A stretch of DNA of 63,153 nucleotides, the filler included, from Hyphochytrium catenoides (lineage: Eukaryota; Protista; Hyphochytriomycota): NCBI GenBank assembly GCA_900088475.1. It is 9 parts of 9 records of this genome, joined end to end, with 100 filler letters (N's around TTAATTAATTAA, not from the genome) between each part and the next. Parts side by side here need not be neighbours in the genome. Positions count along the whole stretch, not along the records: positions 17,446 to 43,295 come from FLMG01003276.1; 8 more parts are not named here. The stretch is one strand, 5' to 3'. This document shows positions 25,571-37,600 of this stretch, piece after piece. Numbering within the stretch: position 1 is the stretch's first letter; every line of letters begins with the position of its first letter. The notes under the pieces were generated by a model that saw only the letters and a program-made list of their open reading frames with translations, did not search any database and was not told the DNA's origin. Both the position numbers and the translations under genes were made by a program.

Positions 25571-27306
25571 ACGACAGAATGAGGGAAAGAGTTGAACGAC
25601 AAGGGGGGACTTTCGCCAGACTCTATGCTTTCCAACCCGGAACCGTCGGCGACCCTGCCACCCCATGCTTCCTTTCCTGGTCTCTGTACTACTGCCGTAC
25701 TGAGAAGCACTTGGTACCGACCCTCGTTGCCCTAAGGGGCCAGGGGGCCTCACCCAGCACAATTTTCCCTCAATTCCAAGATCGCTTTATGGTCGAGTAA
25801 GGGTTATAAGGGTCTGATGTAAAGAGAATACGTTTGCTTAACTAGGTTAACTGACAACTATTTATGGGTCCAGTGGGAAATTTTTTTGGGGGGAATTGTG
25901 TGGGGAAAGTGTAAGGAAAGAACTCTCTCTTCTGCTACTGCCTCTTTCTTCTTCCTTCCTCTCCCTCTTTTTTCCATCGCTTCATAATAGTGGAGCCCTT
26001 CGTCTACCAGTAGTAAGTTAGCTGGTTGGCATCCTTCTTTCTTTGTCTGTCTGCCCGATTCTCTTCCCAACACACAGCTTGCTGTGCATGATGCCAGCTC
26101 GCTTCTGTCTTCTGTTTGATGAGCTACCTCGATTGCTGCTGTGGTTCTGCTACGAGTAGTGATGAAGGAAGAAGGAACTAGGGAAGGATGATGATGGGCG
26201 AGTGAGAGGACGGAGGAGGGAGGGAGGAAGTTTGCAGTCTACGGTCGGTCATCAGCTGTCCGCCCCTACTTCTCACTCCTCATTCATCAGTACTCTGTCC
26301 ACTGAGCACCTCAACCAACAAGCAAGCCAGATGGGAAGGAAAATTTGCATTGCTGATCAGAAGTCTGTGGCATTAGCAGCTTGTCAGTAGCATAGAGGTA
26401 TGGAAGCGAGCTGCTTCGGCCGCTATTTATTCTTGTTATTGTGGCTCTGGCTCTTCTCTTTCTACTGTTAGTTATCAGTTAGCTCGCTATCACCGGTGCT
26501 TATCATCATCCCGCGTCGTGATCTTTGGCTCGGCGGCAGTACCACTCACTGTCCCTTCATCTTTGTTTCTTGGGCTTTGTGTAGTATCAGGAGAAGCAAG
26601 CGCACAACAACGGCGGCAAGCTGCGCAGCCCAAAGAGCTTCAAAGATCCTCTCCTATTGGCACTCTAACTATCCCTGTTGTCCAAAGAAGAGACAAGCAT
26701 GTCATGAGCTTACATCTGGGGGCCCTCCTAGCAGCATACATATCCTCCAACTCTTCGTCTTTCGGAAACTCGCTGGAGGTCTTGGGCCAGGCTTATGACC
26801 AAGACGGGGTAATAACTGACATAGAGTCCAAAGCTTTACTTGCCCGTGTCACATGACTGTCCTCGAAAGGAGGTAGCCTTTCGAAGTGCCAAGTCCAAGA
26901 GATACCCGACGGACTTCGTTCCCTACTAGAAGAGGAAGAATAGTGCGTCTACTTACTGCGCACTTTTTCTTTGAACACTTCTATCCCCGCTTGCCTGCTG
27001 GTCGTTGTGGACTCTACTGATCGAGTGGGATGGGTATTTCTCCCAGTAAAACTACTGATAGCAGATACGTCTCTGACGACGGTTAGAGCAACCATTATTG
27101 CCTGCTGTCAGATTCAGCTGACTGAAAAGGAGAAGACGGTACTAGCCACATTCCACGCAGAAGTGTCAGGCTGGTTATCCTTCTACAAGTGAGAGTTTGA
27201 CACAAGCTGGCATGTAGCAGAGCCAAGGACCCAACACCAGCTCCGACACATCTGGATAAGGCGGAAGAACTGAGAAGAGAGAGGCTATCAGTGTTAAAGA
27301 GCAGAA

Positions 27307-27768
27307 ATGGCAAGGCGGAGGCAAAGAGAAGGTAGTAGTAAGTGGACTGAAGCGGCAAAAGAACTAGGAGAAGCTGCAGGACAGAGCGCGGTGGCGGTGG
27401 CAGCCCCAGTGGCGAAAGCAACCCTTATAAAGGCAATCGGTGCCTCTTCTGCAGGCTTAGCAGCCAAGTGCTTTGCTGCCGCTTGCATCTCTTCCACGGC
27501 CATTACGGTAGGAGCCGCAGGGGGAGGGGTTGCTTCTGTTTCGATTTTAGCGCTTCTTCAAGGTCTGGGATTGGCCGCCATAGGTGGACCAGTGGCGATA
27601 GGCCTAGCAGTTGCTGGTGCTGCTACTTCTGCGGGATCCAGGCTATACCGCAAGAGACAAAGACGGAGAAAGCAGGAGCGGCAATGGAAGAGGCTGACCG
27701 AGAAGCCGATCACAAGAGTGGCAGGAGGAGATGAGAGGAGAGAACTTAAGAGACAACTGAGACCGTGA
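27307..27768 (+). CDS. IFI6/IFI27 (ISG12)-like Gly/Ala-rich membrane protein; true start uncertain, upstream region (26.6-27.3 kb) may be a disrupted N-terminus
   Basis: AIGASSAGLAAKCFAAACISSTAITVGAAGGGVASVSILALLQGLG matches the ISG12 pattern (AMGFTxxGIAxxSIAAxMMSxxAIANGGGVAxGSLVAxLQSxG). It is followed by a hydrophobic helix and a basic tail. Confidence 0.6.
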   Translation: MARRRQREGSSKWTEAAKELGEAAGQSAVAVAAPVAKATLIKAIGASSAGLAAKCFAAACISSTAITVGAAGGGVASVSILALLQGLGLAAIGGPVAIGLAVAGAATSAGSRLYRKRQRRRKQERQWKRLTEKPITRVAGGDERRELKRQLRP

Positions 27769-29621
27769 AGCATCTAGTCCAAGGTCTTCTGTTATTCATC
27801 ATTCTGCTGCTCTGCCGCCACACGGCAATAGAACAGTGATGCTCCTTAGTATCTACTTTCTTTTTGAGGATCCATCCACCTGGAAGAGGGAGGTTGCACT
27901 TAGCTCCTTCAACCTCTACCACTGTTCCAACTAGCTCTACTACGTCCTTCTTACTGCTCACAAGAGTCAGTGGCAAAGATTCATGGCCGGTTGGTCGGCG
28001 CAATCCTGCCATATCCCCTTTGCACTTGCCTTGGCAATTCCCTCTAATTTATTACGGCTTAACCTAATCTATTTATTTCTTGATGACGCCGTCTCTATCA
28101 CTACCACCCAGCAGCCCTTGGTAGTCCGCACTTTCTATGATAGACGCAAGCAGCGGTTAGCTGCGGTTTGTTGTCAAAGCTAAGTTAATCTTCTTACCAT
28201 CAAAGAGAACGGCGCAATTGAGAGATGATAAGGGATTTTTCTCACATATCATCCTTCATCATCGCCTTCTTCTGCTCTTGAGGTAGTCGCGTCTTGTACT
28301 ACCAGGATGTGTGAGTTTCCCGTCATTTAATGAACGACGACGAGCGATTAGAAGGCAGCACTTGGCGAAGACGAGAAGATGCCAAGTGATGATAGATAGA
28401 TATCACGTACGTGCCATGCTAATAGTAAGGATCCCCATGGTCTCCTCTCTCTCTCTCTCCTCTCTCTCTCTCCAGCTGAAAGAGCCCAAAGAAACTCTCT
28501 TTGTCTCTCTCCTTCAGAATGGGTTTTCGTGTCTCAATGGCCTCCATCCCTGTCTTTGCATTGAAGCAGAAGGAGGATGACAACTGCCTCCTCGGGGTTG
28601 ACAGTCCTCGAATAAGTGAAGGTGATCCCTCTAAGGCTTCGACCCGATAGTAGGAATAATGGACAGAGGAGGAGGGTGGCCGATGGCGGGAGCGAGGGAA
28701 AAAGACGTGAGAAGCATGGGCGGGAAGGGGAAACTGAACTGAGCAGCGGAGATGACTTTGATGAATGAGGAAGAAGAAGAGAGAGAGGAGGCGGACACTT
28801 TTCTTTATTAGGACGAAGGCGAGTGCTTTCTCTCTTCTCCTGCCATCAAGAGGAAACCGTTTCTTCCCCGCCAAAACTAAGCTGCCGAAACTAAAATTAG
28901 GCAACTCTCGGCTATTTTTCGGCCAATCTACTCTTGATTTAGGATCCTTTGGTGCCAAGTTCGTGTTTTTCTTCTCTTCTCGTTGTTCTTGTCATCATTG
29001 ACGCTGCCTCACCACCGAGCTTCCTCTTCTTCTTTTCTTCTTTTCTCATCCTTCTGCTCTTCTTTTTTGTCTTCAGTCCCCGCTGTCTTTCCTCTCTTTG
29101 TGATAGGTCTTCTCAAGGATGATGATGGAGAATGATCAACACTCCTCGTTCTTCCGTCCTCCTCCAGTTCCTTTTCGTCTTCCTTTCTCTTCCCTCTTCC
29201 CACCGTCAAACGTGTCGCTAGTAGAAGAATATGCTGCTGGTGCTGAGAAGAATGGGGGCCTTGCCTCCTGCTGCTGTTACGTGCCATTGGTGCGACGACT
29301 AGAAAGAAGCCTGCTTTTCCCAACCATCGCCCCTCCTCTTCCTTGTTTCCTCTCTCTCCTTCATCGTCCCTCTTGCCTTTCTTTGGCATCATCTATCTGT
29401 CCTCGTTTTCCTTAGGCTACTGTTCGTCATTCTTCCTCCTGCTGGCCCTTTCTTCTTCTTGTTCTCTTCTTCCTTCTCTGCCAAGCACCTACAGCCTAAC
29501 AACAGAGCATGATGCTTCATTGAAGTTCTAGTCTCCCGGCTCACTTTCACAATTGCTTTGCCAGTGACAGAGGTGCTAGAAGAACTCATTGACAAGAGAG
29601 GAAAGACATTAAAAAGACAGC

Positions 29622-30119
29622 ATGGCATCTAAAGGCTCAGAGAATTGTCCCGCTGGACCGTCTGAGGGCCGTCCCTCGTGTTCTCTTTCGCCCTACCTCG
29701 TCGTACAAGGAGCTGATCGCTGCATTGAATTCATGGAGAAAGCCTTTGGTGGCCAACTAATGTGCAAGTACTATGGAGGGGAAGCAGGAGCCGAAAAGGG
29801 AACAGAGAAGCCTGCTGAGAAGGCATCCAGCGGGAAGAAGCAAGAGAGAAAGATCATGCACGCAGAGGTGCGCATCAAGGATTCCGTGGTGATGATAGGA
29901 GAAGCAAGCGACTGCTTCTCTCCTGCTGTCCCCTCTCACCTCCATCTCTATGTGGACAACGTTGATGAGGTCTACAAGCGTGCTCTATCTCTAGGAGCGA
30001 CCTCAGTGCAGGAGCCACGGGTACGAGGAGGGGATGATACTGATAAAAGAGGAGGTGTTAAGGACGTCACTGGGAACACCTGGTGGATATCTACTACGGC
30101 CCGTTCTTCCTCCACGTAG
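29622..30119 (+). CDS. VOC-family (PhnB/glyoxalase/bleomycin-resistance-like) protein, intronless, bacterial type; copy 1
   Basis: LSPYLVVQGADRCIEFMEKAFG, IMHAEVRIKDSVVMIGE, HLHLYVDNVDEVYKRALSLGATSVQEP, KRGGVKDVTGNTWWIST. Confidence 0.92.
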   Translation: MASKGSENCPAGPSEGRPSCSLSPYLVVQGADRCIEFMEKAFGGQLMCKYYGGEAGAEKGTEKPAEKASSGKKQERKIMHAEVRIKDSVVMIGEASDCFSPAVPSHLHLYVDNVDEVYKRALSLGATSVQEPRVRGGDDTDKRGGVKDVTGNTWWISTTARSSST

Positions 30120-31580
30120 TTGTAAGACAAGAAGAAGAAAAAGAGAAGACGGCGAGATGGAAGCCAGGAGGAAGATGGGAGTCAGCATGGCAAGAAACCC
30201 CGGTAGCTTGCTCTCCTCGGATGTTTGTCACTCAATAGTGGATCCATATAGTAGTTCTGCCGTAGTCCAGCTTTATTGAAGACAATGTGTCAATCAATTC
30301 TCTCTCCTCTTCATATTAATCTACATAATGTGCTTGCTGCTTGCACTCGCCTTTGTGTTCTCTATAGTGAGAAGGGGTCGTCAGCATCCTTGCAGACAAA
30401 AAATAATGAAGGACATCATTTCAAAGAAGCATCAAAGAGTTCTGGCTCAAAGATTGACGGCCGCCTACTAAGGCACAACAAGCGCTAGTAGGAAGCAGGG
30501 GAAGTGGGTTTCCCTTCTACCCCGCCCATCAAACAGCATACAAAAGCAGCACAGGCCGCCATAGTCTAACCTACCAATAGTGCGATGAAGACAGAACAAT
30601 ACAAATAGTAGCCAGGAGGGCTATTCTACTAAGAAGAGAAGAAGAGCACACAAGCAGGCGGAGCTTCTCATTGAGAAGAGAGACATTTTCTGAGGATGCA
30701 GTCGTCTAGCATACTAATAGTAGAAGATGATTGACGATGATAATGGATCGTCGGATGCTTTTTGGGAGAACAGGAGAGATAACGAAGAAGATGATTGAAG
30801 GACAAGAAAAGAGCTAGTTCTTTGATAAAGGAGTCGCGGGGCGCGGGCCGGGGCGGGAGAGAAAGGAAGCGAGAAGAGGCGCGAAGGGTAGAGGGGAAGA
30901 AAGGGAACATGTACACTTCTTGTTCTCCCGCTCAACAGCGACGGTCGTTACTTCCCGCCAAGTCCCTGTATTCCGTAGCTAAAATATCATGAGCCCAAAC
31001 CCAAATATAGTGTTTAGAGAGAATTACCTTGAAACCCCCTGACTATGCTCTAAGTCGGAAGTATATGTTAATCTCGGTTACTTGTCAATAGTCCTATTCA
31101 AGTTAGTTTCGTGCACGCTGACAGGAAGCTCCTTCCAGAAAACTGTTTTCTTCCTCGCTGCTGCTGCTGCTAGGAACTAGTCCTCCTCCTCCTCCTCTTC
31201 TTCTCATGATATAGGGCTAATGTTGGCATTGATCCTCCTCAGGATGGAAGCAGCCAAGGTCCTGCCCCCCCAGCCCCTAGATTCTCAAGTTCTTCGTCTT
31301 CCTCTTCTTTCTTGGTGGTTCCTTTCCTCACTTTAACCTCCTCCTCCTCCTCGCTTGTCGTCTCGCCGGCGTTCTTTCTTTGTCGCCTTCTGTTGCCCTT
31401 CTATGATAACCGTCTCCTCTCTCCCATCGACTCTCAGCCCGAAGTATCTGCTCAGTTTCAAGCTTTCTGCCTCAAGAACAAGCGCTGGTAAGATCTACAT
31501 ATCAACAACAAGGCGCTCAAGACAGCCGCCATCGGCTGAGGGAAGGAAGAGCAATCTTCAATACATTGAGTGAAGCGAAG

Positions 31581-32039
31581 ATGGCCTCTGAGAGCTCAAC
31601 CACATGCCCAGGAAGACGTGAGGGCTACCCGTCTCTTTGTCCCTACCTGGTGGTGCATGGCGCAGAACGCTGCATTGGCTTTATGGAGAAAGCCTTTGGA
31701 GCCAAGGTTCTCTTCAAGCATTATAGAGACGAGGCAGAAGGGACCAAGACGGAGAACTCTAACAAAACGGATAACCGACCAATAATGCACGCAGAAGTGC
31801 GCATCGATGACTCTGTCATTATGTTGGGAGATGCAACCGAAGCCTTTACTCCGGCTCTCTCGCATCTCTATCTCTATGTCGAGAACGTGGACGAAGTGTA
31901 TAAGCGTGCACTCTCCCTCGGGGCGACCTCGGTCCAGGAACCATGTGTAGGCGGAGGCATGGATCTTGACAAGAGAGGAGGAGTAAAGGATCCTGCAGGG
32001 AATACGTGGTGGATTGCGACTGCTCCATCTACGAAGTGA
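31581..32039 (+). CDS. VOC-family (PhnB-like) protein, intronless, bacterial type; copy 2 (tandem paralog)
   Basis: ATG at 31581. REGYPSLCPYLVVHGA, IMHAEVRIDDSVIMLGDA, LYLYVENVDEVYKRAL, KRGGVKDPAGNTWWIAT. Confidence 0.92.
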   Translation: MASESSTTCPGRREGYPSLCPYLVVHGAERCIGFMEKAFGAKVLFKHYRDEAEGTKTENSNKTDNRPIMHAEVRIDDSVIMLGDATEAFTPALSHLYLYVENVDEVYKRALSLGATSVQEPCVGGGMDLDKRGGVKDPAGNTWWIATAPSTK

Positions 32040-33511
32040 GAAGGAAAACCCACGAACAAGGAGAGAAGGACGCAGTTTGTCGTAGGTAGTGATGTCCTAA
32101 ATGTAATGACGAGTTGTTGATGCAAAGGCTGAGGGAGCCTATCTTTCTTTCTTGCTTGCTTAGCTTTTGCTGTGGAAAGGGATGAGGAGTCTCTTCCAAC
32201 AGGGTGCAGTATGCCATCCTTTGTTTTCTGGTGGTCTTCTTGCACTTTCTCTGCATTGCCTTTTCAGAGCGATGTGCCAACAAAGCTTTCTACCTTTTAA
32301 CCACAGCTTGAGATAGCTAATGAACGTTCCTCTTGATGGATAAGTCTATCTGAAGCAGCTCCATGCTGCACGGCAAACCGTCTTTCAAAGGCGTCAGGCC
32401 GAAGATAGCCTAACCTTAGAATAGCCCCAAAGACCTTCCTCTTCAACTCTCTATCGCCCAGTTTACCGCCGGCAGCCACCCTTTACAGGCTGGACTCAGT
32501 AGGTTGCTTAGGTGTACTCAGAGGTTGCTTTATAGTTCTTTATTCTTCTCTACTTGGTGGTCACTTGCTTTTGATAGTGTTCCAGCTTGAGCTCTCGAGC
32601 TCGGCCATGCCCGCTTTGAGCTGCTATGGGAAGGAATTTTAGCTATCACGTGCTACGTTCTGTCTCTATGAACGACTGTTGCTTATTATCTTGAATGTGG
32701 CACTTGTTGCTGCTGGTCCTCTTCGTTCACTGAGGTAGAGATGATGCCGCTCAAGATGTGTCGCGATACCATGGACTGTTGTTCAGGAACGTACCCGAAG
32801 CCGGAGCAATCCAAGTAGCCAAGTGTGGTGGTGGCAGTGGCTAACCTGCAGGGCGAAAAAAGGAGGGAGGACAATGCTTATTTGCAGCCAGGAAACGACA
32901 AGAAGAACTTCTAGTGAAGTGGTCGATAGTCGATATGTTGCTCGGGGTCTCTTTCTGTCCTTCGTCACTGGCCAGTGGAGACCGACAGAGTTAGTAGTAG
33001 ATGGCTCTCTCAATAGTGTCTATCTGTTGACTGTTGGCCTCCTCTTTGTTCATCAGCTAGTAGTTCGTAGTCCTCATAGATTCTAATAATGATGCGTGAA
33101 GCGCACCGCTTTAGCGACAAGAAGAAGGTAGAGCATTAGGGAGAAGGGTCTAAGAGCTTCAACATTTCTGCTTCGTTCTTCTTCTCAATCAACAAAGGGT
33201 TAATGAGAAGATGCGGGAAGCACGGTAGGAGCTGTTGGACACTGGGACATTCTTTCTACCGCTTTTGGCCAATCAATGGGGAAGTGAGGCGGGCAAAGTC
33301 GTGGAGAGAAGCGACAGCAGGAGAGAGAGAGAATACATGAGAAGAGAGAGAAAGAATAGTTCTAGATGAGAGGTTGGAGAGAGAGAGAGCAAAAAGAGAG
33401 AGAGAGAAGAAAGAAGAAAGAAGACCTAAGAAGCCCATGACTTTCTTTCTGCTCTCACAGGCTCAGGCATCCAAGAACCTTTGTGCATTCCTTCTTCCCT
33501 CTCCCCAGGGG

Positions 33512-33569
<58 letters not shown>

Positions 33570-34359
33570 AAGAGAGAGAGAGGGAGAGAGAGAAAGAGGA
33601 AAGAAATGTCAGAATCCTGGAGAACCGCTAACGTAAGGATACTGGGCCATTGTTCAAGACAGACGCCAGGAAAGAAGAAAGCGCTTCTTTGTTCAGAAGC
33701 TGGCGACACTCACCAGGACCTCGACCCGCCCTTCTTAGTACCCATGCCCTGTAATACAGGTCTATCAGTATAGACTAGTCTATTGAAACATGGGCTTCAC
33801 AGGTTGGTATTGGGTAGATACCCATGGGTTGCTGTGGATAAACCTTGGCATGGGACAAACCGCCTTTGGGGAAAGGAGAAGGGAGAAAGAAAGGAAAGAT
33901 CACGCTCTCCCCATCTCCTTCGTGCAAACACTCCCACCCAATAATATGCCGCACTAGATCTAATAACTTATGCACACCAGTCTTTCAAAACGCTGCTACC
34001 TAAGCATTATCCGCCCGTAATACGTTGTCACCAATAATCACAGCAGGTTAAATAATCTGATAATTCTCCACGTGGGTTAAGAATATATTGCTTAATCTCC
34101 CCTTGCCACCTGATAGTAATCCGCCCTGCCTGCTGTCCCTCGGTTCCGGGTTTGTCGTTTTCTTCCTTTTCCTGACGCTTCTTTCGCTTCTTCTCCCTTC
34201 CTCTCCTGCCGTTCTCTCTTCCTCCACCTCTATTTCTTCCTATCTCGTCTCCCTCTTTCTCGCACCGCTAGCCCATTTTGCTCTCCCTTTTTCCATCTCT
34301 GACATTCTCTGGCTCTTGCTCCGCCGTCTAGATCTAGATCTAAGAAAACCATCTTCCTT

Positions 34360-34407
<48 letters not shown>

Positions 34408-34690
34408 TCTCTTTCTTGGCCTGTTCTCAATAAGATGGAGGTTTCCTTGCCCTCTGTCTCTCCACAAATACCCTTTTTTCTCTCCTGTTTGTACCTCTCT
34501 CTCCTTTTCTTCCCGCCGCTTGCCCACGCCACAGAAGACGCCAGAACGCGATTTAGCAGAGATCCAGCAGTCAATAGCCTCCAGCAATCTTCCAGACAGA
34601 GATCTGACAGAGACTTAAACGAAGCTTTAGACCAAGAAAAAGCAGAAGAGAGGACTCACGTAGACCCAAAGGAATCTTTAGCAAGAGACA

Positions 34691-35415
34691 ATGGAGCAGT
34701 TCGAGGCCATCCGCAGCAAGGTTAACACCAAGCTTCAGAAGTATGAGAAGCTCAACGAGATTGAGAAGGCGACCGGCCTGGACAAATTCTTCATCTCTCT
34801 CATTGCCTCCACCATTGCCGGTCTTATTCTCTATCTCATTGGCGGCGCCCGTCTCATGGTGAACCTCATTGGCTTCACTTACCCCGCTTACCAGTCCTTC
34901 AAGGCGATAAACATGCCGCAGAAGGACGATGAGGCACAATGGCTGACATACTGGATCATTTTCGCCTCTTTCGATCTTACAGAGCAGACAACCGATCTGT
35001 TTGTTACCTGGTAAGATAAGTGATCTCTCCTAGCTGAGGAGAGACTTGTGACTAATCTTTTCCTACTTTTGTTGCTCCATGTGCTCTTATTGTCTTTTCT
35101 TTTCTTCTCTCTCTCTCTCCCTCCCGATATCCGCAGGATCCCCATGTACTATGCGCTGAAGCTTGGATTCCTCGTCTACGCTTTCCTGCCAAAGACAAGG
35201 GTAAGTCTCTTCGTTGTTCTCCAAGCGCTCTCTTGAAGCCTTAGAGGCTGATCACTTTCTCTCCTCCGCCTTTCTACTTCGCATCCTCACTCACTCTCCC
35301 TCTCTCTCTTCTCCCGTCCCACATCTTTCAGGGTGCACTCGTGATCTACCAGACTGTTCTTCACCCTAAGCTCGCGCCAATGGTCAATGGCTCAGCTCCC
35401 AAGAAGGCAGAGTAA
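34691..35415 (+). CDS. YOP1: TB2/DP1/HVA22-family ER-shaping protein (REEP5/Yop1-like); exons 34691-35010, 35137-35200, 35332-35415
   Basis: NLIGFTYPAYQSFKAI, DDEAQWLTYWII, WIPMYYALKLGFLVYAFLPKTRGALVIY. GT-AG introns keep the frame. Confidence 0.93.
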
Positions 35416-36425
35416 CATGACATCAAGAAAGAGAGAAAGAGAGAGACGGAAGGAGAGAGGATCTTCAGTGGTTTTCTCTCTGTGGTTCTCTCTCTTCCTA
35501 GCAGTTAGCATGCATGTGTCTTCCCTAGGAAGGATCTTTATAGCGATGCTCAAATAAAATGATTGTTCATGCATTTGTATGAAAGCCCTTGGTGGCATCC
35601 CCTTGTCCTTCCTCAATGCTCAGGATCTCTCTTCTACCTCCTCCCTCTTCTTCCATACTATTTCTCGTATTCTCTCTCTCTCTCTCTCTCTGTCCCTCTC
35701 CCACCGTTGAGTAGGTTGCAGTGCTCGCCGTAACTTCGCCAATCAACTCTTTTCTCCCGAGGTCTAATAAAGAAAGTGGCATTAGTCTCTTCTCCCTCGC
35801 TGTCTCTCTTTCTCTCTCTCTCTCTGTCTGTCTGTCTCTCACCCGTTCTCTCTTCGCTTTTCCGTTTACGAGCGCGACTGGGATCAAAGAGATGGCCACC
35901 ACGAGGTCAACGGGCCAGATAAAGCCATGAACAACTGCTGAGCTTGCTTAGTTTAACGGTATCGTTTTGCCCTATCGGTCTGTCCCACTTAATTATACAG
36001 AGCTCACTTTCTCTTCTCCTCTTTCTCCATCTCTGTCTCTCTCTGTGTGCTCTGTCTATCCATCTTCCTCTTTTTGTTCGCAAGCTCTATTAGGGCAGAA
36101 GTTGGCGATAAGAAGGTGGACAAGGGAGGCGAAACAAGGCTAAACAACAGACACATGACCAGCACAAGAGAAGTCTCGGATGAGGAGAAGAGAAAGAGAG
36201 AGAGAGATCGATAGATAAAGGGAGACAGAGAGAGACAAGATGGAGAGGAGAGATGATTAAGAGACTCGTCCTGCACCTATTAACTCTTCACCTATCAATG
36301 ACCTCGTGTAAGGTCTTTTCTGCCAAGACTGGACCAGCTTTGAGCAGTGCGAAGATCCGACCAGGAATGACAAAAGAAAGTGCGAGGAATGTGGAAGAGA
36401 AACATACGGAGGGACAGACAGACAG

Positions 36426-36476
<51 letters not shown>

Positions 36477-36528
36477 TAGCAGAATGGGGGCGGCCTTATC
36501 GTTCTTTTAAAGCACATTACCCTTTACA

Positions 36529-37564
36529 TTACTCTTTGGCTTCAGCCTTCCCCTGCTCTTTCTCCTGGTCCTCTTTTACCTCCTTCTCCCTCTCTTCTTC
36601 TGTCCTCTCTTTCTCTTTCCGTCTAACCGTTCTCTCTCTTTGTATGGTTGCGATGATGAACTCTGTCACCAGGAGAGAAGAGAAAGAGAGATAAACAAGC
36701 GTCTGGTTATAGTAAAAGTTCGAGTTTCCCGAGCCTGGGTAGAGCCAGAGGTAGAACATCAGATGCAGAAGAAGAGAACCGAGGAGGACCCCGAAGAAGA
36801 GGACATATTTTCCTCTGATGCCTGGTGACGCCAAGAGAAAAAGAGGCAGAAGGTGTGGGTGTGAGGGAGAGAGAGAGAGTGAGATAGGAGAGAATGAGGG
36901 CAAAGAGACAAAGAAGAGAAAGACAGATACAGAAGAAGGAAGAGAAAGAGAGAGAGGTGATTATGAGTCAGCTGTTAACTGGTCATCCGTACCGCCACAT
37001 GAAGAACAACGAACAAACGACAGAACAAAAAGGCTCGACTCTCTCTCTCTCTCTCTCTCTCTCTCCCTTGTTCCTTCCACAATGTGTCTCGGTATTTGAC
37101 TTACGTAAGACGGTTCGCGGGTGTAGGAGCATGAGAGTGTGGAATAGCCCCATAGACGAAAAGGTGGGATAGGGACCGAAAAGGCCGGTAAGACCCAATA
37201 GAGCCGCTGAGAGTGCCTGTGGGTGGTAACTGGTGCGAAGGCGGTAGAGACGAAGAGAGAGAGAGAGAGTCAAAGAGAGAGAGTGTGAGAGCGTGTTTGA
37301 CGCCAGACTGGACCTGGGGGAGAGAAACGAACAGAGGAAGAAAGAAGCAAACGATGCTTCCAGACCTTAGCCTAACCCAGAGCGGGAGGGTGTATATGAA
37401 GGGATGCACCGCGAAGAGGAGGGCAAAGTATCCTCGAAACCGGTCAAAGACTTCAGTGAAGAAGTACCAGAACGCTCCCACGCCTGGAGTCAAGTCAGAG
37501 AAGCGCCATTGCCAGAGATATGACTCCTTAACAAGGAAATATTAGGAGAGGGAGATGCCAAGGA

Positions 37565-37600
<36 letters not shown>

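Noticed and set aside
26971-27192. VVVDSTDR as an Arf-like GTPase fragment
   Set aside because: No P-loop, DxxG or NKxD motifs nearby; likely a chance match.
21576-32039. Bacterial contamination as the source of the SRPBCC/VOC genes
   Set aside because: The genes are kilobases apart with no operon structure, are separated by host microsatellites and share a contig with spliced genes. Read-level confirmation is still needed.
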